64,000 nucleotides of DNA, from assembly GCF_006345805.1 (NCBI RefSeq), contig NC_042999.1:97340001-97404000 (forward strand), written 5' to 3'. Source of the DNA: Octopus sinensis (taxonomy: Eukaryota). A program made the translations under genes and the position numbers. This document shows, one piece after another, positions 15,901 through 30,053 of the stretch. Position 1 is the stretch's first letter; the number at the start of each line of letters is the position of its first letter. The notes beneath the pieces were generated by a model, which had not been told where the DNA came from, made no database searches, and worked only from the letters and a program-made list of their open reading frames with translations.

Positions 15901-18900
15901 CTTCAGTCAATTTCTATATCATCAATTGCTATCCAACAACTGAATTCCATCACACTCTACCAGGCAACTAGCAGAAGCCAATGTGCAAATGTCCAACATA
16001 ATGCCTGTCCTAACATGTCATGCAAGCCATAACAACATCAACCATGTTTTTGTCAGCCTTTCTCTTAAGCCTACCCTCTGTAATAATCTCAGTTGTCAGA
16101 ATGTGTGATGCTCACCTATAGCTGAGCTACACAACAATAAGTAGAGAGTGGTATGCAAACATTCAAAACACTACTGACCCAACAAGGCTACTTGGTTTCT
16201 GCTTGAGCCACCTCTTTATTAACAGGCATGATTATTCAAAATGCTATCTTATTTTCACACACATGCATGCATTCACATACACACTCCTACAATATTCACA
16301 TTAGATTTACTTATGATACAAAATATGAAAGTTATTTATTGTGTAATCAAACCAACCAAGCACTTCATGCATGACATGCATCTCATAGAAAACATTTTTT
16401 TCAAGTGGTACTCATTTCTACAGCTGAGTGGACCAGAGCAATGTGAAGTGAAGTGTTTTGCTGAAGAACACAATGTGTTGCCTGGTCCAGGAATCGAAAT
16501 CGTAATCTTACAATTGTGAGTCCAACACCCTAACCACTAAGCCACACGTCTCCCAGGAAACCATATCAACCACTTAGTCACCACTTTCTACAAACTTTCC
16601 ATGCCAGCTCTTCTCATTATTTTTTAGTTTCTCATTATCCTGGTAAGAGATACCCAAGATTGAATGTAGGCAGAATTATTAGAACATTCAAAAATTATCT
16701 TGAATTCATTCCAACAGTTTGTGTGTTTAGCTGAAATATTACTGAGTTAAACTTGTAAACATCAAAGGTGATTGTTACCCCTCTACAGCAAGACACCTGT
16801 TTCTGTCTCTGTCATTATCTGACACAAAATCACCTCCTCCAACGTCCCTTCCCCTCTCAAAGGTTCTTTGTCTTGCAAGTTACTTGGTGACTCTGCCAAA
16901 ACTGGTGCCATATAAAAAGCATTTAGTCTACACTGTGAAGTGTTTAGCATTTGGAAGAGCATCCAGCTGTAAAAACTGCCAAAACTGAACTTGCCTGTGC
17001 TGGTGCCATGTAAAAAGCACTCAGTTCACTTTGCAGGGTGGTTGGTATTAGGAAGGGCATTTAGCCATAAAAACGAAGCCAAAACAGACACAGAAGTCTG
17101 GTGCAGTCTTCTGCCTGGCCAGTTCCTGTCAAACCGTCCAATCCATGCCAGCATGGAAGGCGGATGTTAAACAATGATGATGTAAATTCATCTTAACTAC
17201 AGTTTAGTAACTACTGTCTACCACCCTCTTCCATATTGGCAGATCCATTGTTTATTTTCTTTGTGGTGTCACGAGTTCCTACTCTCTTGATCTAATCATC
17301 ACAGTCTTAGTTACCATTAATCATCACTTGTCATCACATTGTTCATTGAGCATGCATCACCGATTGTGACTGTGTCACTACTAATGCATACAGTTGTTTG
17401 GTCTTTGTACTTACATCTCTCCTTCCCTTTTAAAAAGAAGTATAACAAAACAAAGCTAGTCCTGTTTATTCCTTCCCTACCCCTGAAGGGAAATAACAAA
17501 GTCACATTTTGGGAACGTGTCACATAAAAATCTGGAAGATATCCTTGTTGTCAGAGATTAGAAAGGTATTGTAATTAAGACCATATTTTCATTAATATGC
17601 ATCCCATCAAAAACTACACCTTCCTTACACTGGACATTTTTCCCCACTTATTTTCTTTCTCTACGTAACTCTACCTTAAAACATAATCCTAACCATACAA
17701 CAAAACACTAACATTAACCATAGATCAAATGTTTTTTTGAAGGAGTATAATCTGTTTAATATTATCAATTCATGAAAAAAAAAAAAAAATGTAAATCAAA
17801 AATGAAAAAGTTGCAGCTGGTTGTGTACTCCAAAATAGATATTAAGACAGCAAAAAATTTGTAAAAAAATGGAATTTTAAAATTTATATATTTTTTTCGG
17901 AATCATGAAGAAATATTCTCTGAAGAATAGAAAAAATAGAAGATAGAAATGTCAGATAGGTGGGATTCATACTGCATAACTCTGTAAATATATGTTGTTT
18001 AAATTATATATATACACATATGTGCTGAGTGGTTAAGAATACTACTTCATAACCACATGTTTTCAGGTTTGTTCTATAACACCTTTATTAACAATATTTA
18101 GTTAACACAATAAACTAGAATTTCTTTGTATCTAAGACCATTCACTTCATCAAATATAGGTAATTTCCAGGTTAAAAAGTGATTTCTTATAAAATGAAAC
18201 TATCAATGAACGAAAGTAAAATAGTTGACAGTAAAATACCAGCTAGATTATATAAGCATCCGGTTTGATGCTATAAGTGTTGAAGTTGGATCCATCATTT
18301 TTTTTTTTATATTAAATTCCTTATTAATGGAACTAAAGCACTTTAAAAATCACATTTTTTGACCTAGAAAACACCTACGTTTGACAAGGTAAATATTTTC
18401 ACCATGACGGACATGAAGAAGTATCAACACATACACAAACACTCATATAACAGGTATCTTCAGTTTCTGTGCATTCACACACATATGCCTGCATGCACGC
18501 TCACAAACACAGACAAGCATGTGACATATTAAAAAAAATAATGCACATTAAGTAGCAACTTTGTGTGATTATATCAGTCAGTCCATGATACTTTTTACTA
18601 TTAAATAATTAGTTAACCTCCCACCTCTTCTCACTCTAAACACACACAGTTACACACAGACAGGTATGGACACACATATGCTAACATACAAAAAACAGTC
18701 ACAGAAAGTGAGGCTTAGCAATCTGACAAATGTACATTAATAAAACAAAGATTGGGGTTGATACAATCAACTAAACCTTTCAAGATAATGTGCCAGTATG
18801 GCTGCAATCCCAGTCACTGGAACCAGAAACCCTTGTGAGTGTACTTGTTACATTTTATCTTTAGTGTGTGAAGTTGGATGACAAATCTGTCATGGTTCAT

Positions 18901-21900
18901 TAAACAAAATTAGTGGTATTCAAATCTTGTGTACAAACACAGGAATATATGATGTATAGAAAATCATTTTGTGTTTGATTATATTATTATTATTGTTATT
19001 TTACACACTAAACTACTGATATTAGTTTTTAAGCCTTTATAACTATTAACTACAATGATATTTTATATTTGCTAATCATGATTAATGTTATTAACTTTAG
19101 TCTGATGAACAGCTTGTCTCCATCATTTAACAAAACCAATATTTTTTATTATTTTTGTTTACTTACCTGTCTGTTACCTTAGCAAGTGAAAAAAAAAACA
19201 ATTGGCCACCATAAACTGACCCTAATCTGACTAATCTTATGTTTAGCATACATGAAATACATTAGAAGAATGCTAATTTTTATGCAGAGAATTATGAAGG
19301 AAGAAGCATTAGATATTACCATTTAATGAAATGATATGAGTGAAATAAGGGGAAAAGGAATATGAAACTTAATGAGAAAATTGCAATTATTTTAAATGAT
19401 GAATAATAGTAGTAATAAAAAGAAGGGAGGTACTTTCAATAAAGATGATGAGGTGGTGATAGTGATGAAGGAAGTAACAGAAGTAGTATTATTAATGGGA
19501 GCATACACCAACTAAATCTAAAGATGCAGTTATTTTAGTAGCAGCAAAAGATTGAAGCAGAGCAACACCCAAGCCAGAAAAAAGGGGACAGATGATGGAC
19601 ACATGGTCAGAGTAAATCTACCTGATTGTTTAGCTCCTTTTCGCGAACATGTCTTTGTAACTTTTCAATAAGCTCATCTTTTGAAAACATGGTACTGTGT
19701 TGTTTTTCGATGTCCTGGTAAGTGGTGATCAGTAAAGCCACATCAGCACAGCAACATCAAAAAACAAAAAAAATAACAACAGGTATCTCTCTCTCTCTCT
19801 CTCTCTCTGGCACGCACGCACACACACACATACACAATAAACAGGAGTGTTGAGTTGGGCAAGTTAAAGTTAATGAAACAATTCAGCAACAATTATAAAT
19901 ACAACCATGCAAATGTAACTGAATGTACAGCAACTGAATGAATTAAAAAACCAAAACAGCTTCAGCTATACCCAAAAGTCTGAAATAAATGGAGATTTAC
20001 TCAGCAATTCAATAAATGTTTTAAACATATTTCTACCATTATTTCAAAAGCTATTGTTAATTCATGGAAACTATTTCAACAAATGCCAGTATTGTCTTCA
20101 GTCACATGCTCACAGATAAAGCAGTGAGGAGAGGGACAGCTCTAATGTTTGTGAATAGTTTAAATTTGACGCATATTATACAAACTCTAGTTGTTGCTCT
20201 ATGAATAGAATGATGCTAAATTCATAGGTTCGTTACAAAAACCTATCAAACCAATGAAATACTCCCTCTTACTACCTTAACTCTTCAGTAGTTTAAAAAT
20301 AAAAATTCAAATTTTAATTATTGCTCCAACACAGTTATTCCAATTGTTATTTACTGTAAATGAATTTTTTTTTTATCAGGATAACTTTGATATGGCTGAA
20401 TCTTACTTTGTCTTTCTGTCTTCAGCCAGACAGAAGCAATGTGGTGTTGTTGGCTGAGTAGTGAACTGAATGTCCGAATACTGCTTTCTACCCACTGTAT
20501 GTGAGGTAAATATCAATACTAAGATGCCTCAAAACACAGTTGGTGTCAATTTAGCAATGTTTTTGGCTGTCCTTAAAGAGAAGAGGTGCTGTCCTATTTG
20601 AAAATGGCACCTTGTGTGACCACCTGTCCTTACATATGCTTTGTAGGTGAACCAATATTATCTTCTCTCTGATAGTATCTTCAATATCAGACAGAAATGG
20701 CTCTTCAGTCCGGAAAAGGCTTTCTATCAGTATGTTCTGCAGGAAGACATATCTGATGGTAATAGTGTCACTACCATTTGCAAATGAGGTAGTTTAATTA
20801 ACAAATGTTCACACTATAGGTCTCACTACTACAGAGCAGTACACTACAACACAAACATTGTGAACATGCTCTTCAACATGTAAAGATAAACACCAGTTAC
20901 TAGAATAGGAAACACTTAATAGAATTTCTTCCAAATAGAACAAAATCAATTTGTGACAGTACCAGATCAATCATCAGAACACTAACTGGGGTGCACCAGA
21001 ACACTAATTGGGGTACCTAATGTCCACCAAATCAAACCATATTTTCCAAAATATTTAAATTTACTTTACTGGGTTTAATATGTAATTTTAGATACAGCAA
21101 AAATGTTTTGGCATCGGTTAATAGTTTCAAAATCAAAAATAAACAAAAATTAAAAAATTAAAATCACTACATAAAAATCTAATAATAGGAGAATGGAATT
21201 GACGAAAAATGAATATAATATGTGCATTCATAGCTATAGCCTAAGAAGGAGTGAACACTTGATATTTCATTATAAATGAAATGTAAATATTTTCAAAGAC
21301 TCTTTCACTATTCTCTATAGAAATTATATAAACTTTCATAATCAATTTCACTGGCAACTACATAATATTTATCATTATCAGTATAATATTTATGTTTTGG
21401 TTAGCATGAAATATTATGCAAATATTAAATTGGATGATCAACTTCTTAAGTATTCTTCGAATATACTTAATGTAACTTTGATAGTTGTAGTTACAAAGTA
21501 CTTTTTTTTATAATCTAAAATTAAATTTTGGGTTTTTTGAGTCATTTTAAAGAAAATTCTTGTGAAAATTATAAAAGTATAAGTAGAAATAGTGGTTCTG
21601 GTATTGAAAATGATCAAAGACTTCTAAGATGTCAGCCAGATAGAATGAATGCACATACAGATGAACACATGAAGCACGCATCTCACCTTGAAAGATGACA
21701 AGATTGTAATCAACTAATGAATTAGATAAAGGAAACAAAAAAATCAAAATTATAACAAAAAAAAACAAAAAACAAAAAGAGGTTCTACCTAATTGCTGTG
21801 AAAAAATATTTAAGCAATAACAACAAACAAAATGAAAAGACAATTAATTCAAACTCAATGAAATAAATAACATCAACAAGAACACCAACAATCCAGGTTC

Positions 21901-24105
21901 TGATACCTTTTGATTTTAATAGATTAGGAAAAGTTTTTAAGATGTTTGCAATAAAATGTTTCATTGTGAAAACCAAACTATGATATTTAATTTAAAACAA
22001 ATAAATAAATTTATTTCTAATGTTTAATGTAGTACAACATCAATTAGATTAATAAGTTAAATAATAACAACAAGCTTTTTAATGTAAAACTAAAAAATGT
22101 TAATTAATAAGAAAGTCTCTAAATTGCCTTAGACCACAGACGGCCATACAAATTAATAAACAAGGCTACTGGTAAGATGATCAACAGCTCATAACTTACA
22201 AATGACACTGCACCGTGTTTCTGGCAAAGATACTTAGAATTCTTAGTTCAATCTAGTAGCTGTTTTATAGTATCTACTACTTAGTAGATCTTATAAAACA
22301 ACAATGAGCATTGGAAACTAATATTTATTAGATTCTATTGTTTCAACCAATATTATTATCTAAGACACTAAAATTTAGAAAGAGAAAAATTACGTTGCAT
22401 ACTGCTGAGTAAGTGAATTAATTCTATATGAGAATAGAATAATTTAGCCATGGTCTAAAATATTGGGAGTTAAAACTTGTGAGAATATGATGAATCTGAT
22501 TCAAAGTACCCCAATTTCAAATGAGTTTGGTTTCTTCAGCACAGATGACATCAGAACCAAACATATTGTCTTTAGACTGTTTGTATAGTACCTGATATCT
22601 GTAGTTTTCTTTGTGAATACACACCACTGGTTGATTTATTCCAGTTATTGGCTAATATACAAACAGTTTGATTGAGAGAATGATGAGTGCTTCTGGCTGT
22701 GCTAACATGACATACGACTCCAGTAGGAGTCATAAGTCATGGAAGTCATAAATTTCATCACTTCAATAATTAATAATTTAATTTGATTTACATTAATTTG
22801 TTTTGTTTCTCTGCTTTTGACCACTTTAATCCCACTCTTACTCTTTTTTTTTTGTGCAAAATATAGACAGGAGTTTTGTAGCAAGTTTGAATATTTGCAT
22901 ATTTTTATAGCTGGATATGCTTCCAACTGCTAATAAAGGCTAAGAATGATTTTCACCTTTATTAAAAAAGATTCGTACTTTATTAAACATTGTTAGGAAA
23001 TACAAGACTAGAAATGCTTATTAGTTTGCCAGTATAGCTGTCTTTATCTTGTATCATCTCCCCAATGAGGCTTAACTTTTTGTGGCCTAATCATGCCTGG
23101 ATTGCAGGTGTCTGAACATGCAATAATAAAATTGATTACAATAACAATGTTTATAGCAACAATACAACAATAATTTGGAGTAAGAGGGTAACAACAAATA
23201 CAAAATGAACTGAAGATTTAAAAGTAGTCATGAGAGGGAATGAGGGAATGATTATGAGGATGAATTTAATTGATGACTTCGAACTTGCTTGAAGATAGTT
23301 AACTAATTGGACCAGTTCTACATCTTTAAAACTATAGCCAAGAAAGATCTCTTTAATTAACAGTTCTGAATCATTAAATGTGAAAGATGGTTTGCATAAG
23401 GTAATGTGTAAACATAAAAACTAGACCTGTCCCTTGATAATATTAGTAATTTTAAAAAGAATTCATTAAAAGCATATTACAAGCTTTCCTTTTCCCAAGA
23501 AAGCAATATAAAAAGCATAAATAATGTAGAGTTTTGTTTTTCTCAAGACAAAAGAGAAATAATATTGTCATTTGTAAAGATCACCGCAAAACTATTCTTT
23601 ATATGGTATAAACTTCAATAGTATAAACTTCAATGGTATAAACTTCAATATTGTGAGATTTATGTATGCTGAAATTTTAAAACCATTACAGCTAATTTAA
23701 AGCACTGCCATAGAACTAGCAACTTCTATTGCTGCCATTCTCTTTAAATGGATCATTTATAGCTATTTTTTTTAAAAAAAGATAAAGAATAATTCAAGTC
23801 CATTTGTAATAAATGTCCTTATCAGACTCCATAGCATAATACCGAATATTTTACATCAAACATTGAGAAAAACTGACACAAACTGGGACACCTGAAACAT
23901 TATAAAAACAATTTAATACAGTTCTATATTTAAGAGATGAGGAACTATGTACATTATTTACATCATTTACATTTGATGGATATTTGTCCTCATCCTGCTT
24001 GTTGTTAACACGTTTCAGCTGATATACCTCCAGCCTTCATTAGGTGTCTTGGGGAAATTTCGAACCTGGGTTCTCATTCCTAGGGTATTTTGAATGTTGT
24101 TGTTG

Positions 24106-24149
<44 letters not shown>

Positions 24150-26514
24150 GTTGTTGTTGTTGTTGTTGTTCAGGTCACTGCCTGGAATCGAACTCGGAAT
24201 CTTGAGGCTACTAACCCCAAGATTCCGAGTTCGATTCCAGGCAGTGACCTGAATAATGATGATGATGATGATGATGATAATAATAAGAACAACAACATTG
24301 AAAATACCTTAGGAATGGGAAGCCAGGTTCGAAATTTCCCCAAGGCACCTGATGAAGGCTGGAGGATATATCAGCCGAAACGTTGTGTTAACAACAAACA
24401 AGATGAGGACAAATATCCGTCAAATGTAAATAATGTAAATAAAAACAATTTAATTCTTCACTGAAATCTTCTACTATAAAGTATAGCTAAAAAGAACAAG
24501 GTTAAATTGTTTATAGCTATATTAACAAAATCAAAATATTTCCTTCTAAAACAATACAGTATGTATAACAAACATATGGATTATAAATCTAAATAGGAAG
24601 GACAAAGTATCTTACTTTGTGTTTCTGCAGACTAACTTCATATAATTCCTGTCGAGTTTTGTTCAGATCTTCTTTGTCTTTGAGAATATGTTTCTGCAGT
24701 TCTTGTATCTGGTAAAGGTGAGTCAATTGAACACTGCTAACTAATATGTCAACATATAACTTGTGTTATATGCAACATATAACACATTATACACACATTG
24801 AATATAATCTGCTATTTATGCAATGTAAACAAACGTATTGATAATATCAAAAATAATAAGCATGAAAGACATTTAAAAAAATAATTTATATCAAAGTCAA
24901 TAAAAATTCTCTTCACTTTGTCATTTTTATACACATACCACATAACAATAGAGCAATCATGTACGTTTATGGTGAAGTGTTTTGAGTCCATATACAAGTA
25001 GGTAATGATATAATCAGATTCTTGAAACTTCACTACTACTGAAATACATGGACATGCTTACATACATTGCCCTGAGGCACAATTCATAGTCTGTAATAAG
25101 GAATGAAATTATGACTGTGTGGTTAGTGACCCAGTATACTTAAGTCTCACTACCACTAAGCTTCATGTAGATTTGATGAAACAACTAATTTATAAAACAA
25201 AGAATATTACTATTTCAATGCTTAACAACAACTGATAATGTAGGTGTGTAAAATAAAATCAGGTTCTAAGATGCTACTACAGACCATAAGTTCAGATCTA
25301 GTAACTGTCATTGTAGTGTATTGCTAAACAAAAGACTTAACATTGCCAGTTTCATTTACCTATCAGGAAATGTACAAGTTGTTTATTAGAAAAACAGCCT
25401 CTCCTAAATAAACTATCCTGCTCATGGAAAAATGAAAGTAAAACAGTAGGTGTATAGACATAATTATATACTGATTAGATTACTAAGGCAGAAGTATTAT
25501 ACACAAATATGTACCTCATTTCGTTTTTCTTGCAGATTCTGGGTAAGGCCTTTAATTAACTTGTTCTTTTTGAGGCCATTAGTTTTTTCAGTCTCTAATT
25601 CACTTTCTACTTTCTTCAATTGTTGTTCTAGGAGCTAACAAAGAAAGAGAAAAGATATTTAGAATATAATACTAGACTCAAAAAATATCAATAATTCAAA
25701 AAGATTAATTTAAATGTACTTGTATCAAAATTATTGCAAAATATATGAATTTGTTTGTTGCATTGACGAATGAATGCAAGAAAGTAGATCAGTGTATTGG
25801 AAGACAAAATAATGTTGATAGAAAAAGAAAATCAGTTTGTATTCCAACTTTAAAAAGCCTTATCATGAATGCAATATGAGAAGGAATGGCAATAACCAGA
25901 GCTTAATAACTGTTCTTGCTTTGAACTTAGTGAGTGTTTACAACTCAAAGTATAATTGTCATAAAGACAATCATATGAGTCATATTTTTATGTACCTTCT
26001 AATAAACATAACAGAAATAAAGATATAATTAAAAAATGAAAATAAAATAAAAAAACATTGACTTACAGCTACAGAGTCTCCCTTTTCATTCATAGATGTA
26101 TTCAGCTGCTGAATCTCTGACTCCATCTTCTTGATGTTTTCTTGTTTGTCATCTATCATATCCTGAATAGAGAACATGTATTATATTTACAGTGTTCTTT
26201 CTTCGAATAGTACACAAATGTAAATGCATGTGCTTATAATGGTCTTACTAGCAGAAATATATACAGTCATGGTCAAAAGTTGGGAACATAGGTCTGAAAA
26301 TTAGAATTTTTATTTTAAATGCCTGAAGTTATATTTAATTTGCAATATATTATTACTTGGCCAAAAAGTTTGGAACATTGGTTTGAAAAATGGAATTTTT
26401 ATATTAAATGCCCACCAAAGTCATATTTGAATCAAATTGTACTTGGCCATAACAATTTTAATATAAAAAAAAAATGTTCCAAACTTTTGGCTACAACTGT
26501 GTGTGTGTGTATAC

Positions 26515-26551
<37 letters not shown>

Positions 26552-29500
26552 TACATGGTCTGATCAATAAGTATCTGGACTGTTGCCATAGTAACGAAGC
26601 TAAAGCACAGAGAGTGAAGCCACTTGGCACAGACTGACCTTGAACTCTGCCGTGCATGCGCACTAGTTCACATCCACTGTTTACAGTAGTGCTTGGAAGG
26701 AAGGTGTATAGTGTGTGATCATCGTATTGACCATGACAGAAAGTTGAGCAGAGAATCTGCATCAAATTTTGCCAAAAGCTCGGCGATACCTGCTCAGAGG
26801 CCTACAAAGTTTCAAACACTTTTCATCTTTCTCAACACAGTCAAGGAAATCTTGTGCAACTGAAACCTGAGAGTCTTTTTGGTCAGCTGAAAGCAGTTTT
26901 TTTGGCACAAACTTGGCAGGCACACATCTTATACCCCAATCTCCAGTGATAATGGACTGAACTGAACCACAACTAATCTGTACATCTGCTAACTCATGGA
27001 TAGTGATTCAACGATTTTCCCTCACAGCTGCATGCACATCTGCGTTGTTTTTCCCAGTTTTGCTGGTTGCAGGTCTCCCAAAACATTCATCAATATTGAC
27101 ATATTTTCAGCCATCTTGGAAACATCTGAACCACTTGTACACTTGTGTGCGGCTCATACACTCCTCTCCATACACTTTCTGCAATTTTGCATAGGCCTCT
27201 GAGCAGGTATCTCCATGAAAACTTTCTCTGTCATGGTCAATGTGATGATCACATGCTACACACCTTCCTTGCAAGCAGTGGAAGTGAGCACAACAGAGTT
27301 CAAGGTCAATCTGTGCTAAGCAGCTTCACTTGTTGTCATCATCATCTTTTACATAGCCAGTTATATAATTGGTGATTTGAAATAAATAAACAGTAATGTT
27401 ATATATGCAGAGGTTTTTGATTTTAAATAAAAATCATCAATAAATCAAATCAGTGTAGAATGTAGCTCTTTTTGTGCTACCAGTATTTTTAAAAGTAAGA
27501 GTTCAGGATCTAATCTACAACACAAACAACACCTTCTTGACAGATAAGATTATATGAGAATGTTTGGCTAGAAGTGCTTACCCAGGCAAAGAAACAAAGC
27601 ATATAAACTATAAGTGCACTTATGAGATAGAAAAGATGACTGAAACAGACAGAGTGAAGTAGAATGTACATCAGATGAAAGACAGTTGCAGAAGAATGCA
27701 TTAGAGTAAGAATGGCTCAATTTGCATCCTGTGTATTGCAGAATCATAGGATAAAAAAAAAAGTTGAAGGTGAAAAAAGACAGTCACAGTGGGTGGTTTT
27801 TAAGAGAAGAAGAGATGGAGATGTTGGTATAGAGGATTTTCAAATAACTAAGGTACTTTAAGATGAGGATAAAAGTGAAATCAAGTTATTTGAAATTACC
27901 AATGAGGAAATTTCTGGAAAAAAAATTAGTTTAGTCTGGATTGAAATGTGTGATTGGGGCCTTGTAAAATAACTACTGCAGATTCCAAATTAGACTCAAA
28001 GAAAAAAATGTAATCTATGATTTTGCTGAGGAAGATGATACACTTTACTGATTAAGTATGATTGTAGAATTTGTATACTAAATAAACTAGAAGGGTTGTG
28101 CCAGTAAAAATATTTACCAAACATTAACACGTCACCAAAATTTTTTTTAAATCTGGCTGTGAAATGAAACCTAGGAATATATCCTAAATTCTTGACTGCA
28201 TAGCACAAGTATCAAATAAACAGTAGTTAAACTAATAAGGGAGTCTCTACATGGTTGTTGGATCTGCTATGAATAGCAGCCAAATGACTCATAGATCACA
28301 AAAATGGTAGGTTCTGTGGAACAATACAGTCCTGGGGATACAAAAGGGTGAGATTTTCATGGCTGGAACATCTTTGTTGATCTGTGGTTAAACAACAATA
28401 TATCAGATTCATGAATTTTTATGAGATTTCATTTGATGTTTGTCATATATATGTGCATGTGTGTGTGTGTGCTTTTTTGGGGTAGAGTAGGGAGATCTAA
28501 TAGCTGGCTATACTGAAGTTATTTTTTAGTTTAATTGTAGGTAACCTAATAGTCCAAAGGTTTATTCTATAGCAAGACTGTTTTTAAACATATAAAATAT
28601 ACTTCAGGATAGTATATTCATGTGTTGTAGGTGACCCAAGAAAGCTATCTACAAGTTTAACCAAATTATTCAAATTTATTTTTGCGTGTGTATGCAGGTG
28701 TACATTTTTTAGTATGGGAAATGTTATCAAGTCAAAAGGAAAATCCTTCAAAAAAGGTAAGAATCTATTTTATACATATATAAAGTCCTGTCTACATTTC
28801 CCCTTTAACATTATACTTAAATGTTGAATAATGGAAATTTCTGATATCAAAATACTTTCATCTGCCAACACAACCATCATATTTACTAGCAATCCAAACC
28901 AATGATAATGAAATCACTGGCAGAAATTTCATAATTTGAATGCTTAATCAAATGTTTTATTAATGAGTGGATAATGTCCTCAAACCAGACCTGATTAGTT
29001 CCACCCAATTCATCCTTATCATATCTTGTTCATACACATTATATCAGCCTATGCCATCGATGCTCAGACAATGATTTGATTTCTGATGGCTCTAAAGTTA
29101 ATTTCTTACAAAAAAAAAAAATCAGCAAAAATAAAAGTTTTTAGATAAAAATAAATAACAGTGAGTTAATTTGTGGAGTATAAAAATTTGTTTCAGGCTT
29201 GACTTTCTTTGGAGAGAAAAAATATATATAAAGCGAAAGTTTGGTGTTATTAAGAAGTAAAATTAACCAACAATATATAATTTCCTAATATTCCCCAAAC
29301 AGATGTGGAAAAAATATTAAGTAGTTATTAGCTTAGCAAATAATCCTAGTGCAAAAAAGGTGACAAATCATTAGTTGTTATTGGATAACAAGAAATATTC
29401 AAAATAATGTTAGCATGAGTAGCATGATAACCCGCACACCAAAGCAATGTGTAATGATATGTGATTTATTTATTTAAAAAAAAAAAAGTGATAAAGGCTT

Positions 29501-30022
29501 GAAGCAGCTGCAGCTATTCACTGTCACACAAAGCAATTAACAGACCTGGTAATGACTTTCTAACAGAACATCGTCACTTTTAATCTGTTTAGTAGCTTCC
29601 AAGACCTGTGACAATTTCTGAGAGAAAGGAAAAATAAAAACTCACAAAAAAAAGCAGTATAAAACTATTCAATATTAAGTGTAATTTATAAGAAAAGAAA
29701 AAAATGCATTTACAAATTTAAACAAGGTGTAAAATATTGAAATCACAACATTCTGTGAAATAAAACAATTTATTAGTCATAGCCTTTTATAAATAAATAA
29801 ATGTGTGCAAATGAAATAGTTAATTTTTCAGACAGCAGCAAAACAAATGAAATAAAACACCCACATGCTTGCATCAGTTAATGGGGGTGTAATCACAGTC
29901 ACAACAGCCAATTAAAATTGGGAATCCCTCAGTATATTTTCTCTTTTATTCGAACACTTGCTAATAAGTTAACCCAATATGTAGATGGAGAGGTTTGAAA
30001 AATATTATTAGTGATTTATGTG

Positions 30023-30053
<31 letters not shown>

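Noticed and set aside
21547-21843. ORF with a transmembrane-like FCFLFFFVIILIFLF segment
   Set aside because: Translation of a polypyrimidine tract.
23097-23111. 15-nt microexon TPAIQ with UGCAUG upstream
   Set aside because: Needs a weak GC donor (CAG|GCATGA); insufficient without reads.
24090-24464. 124-aa ORF with poly-V/I/D/N
   Set aside because: Microsatellite translation inside the fold-back element.
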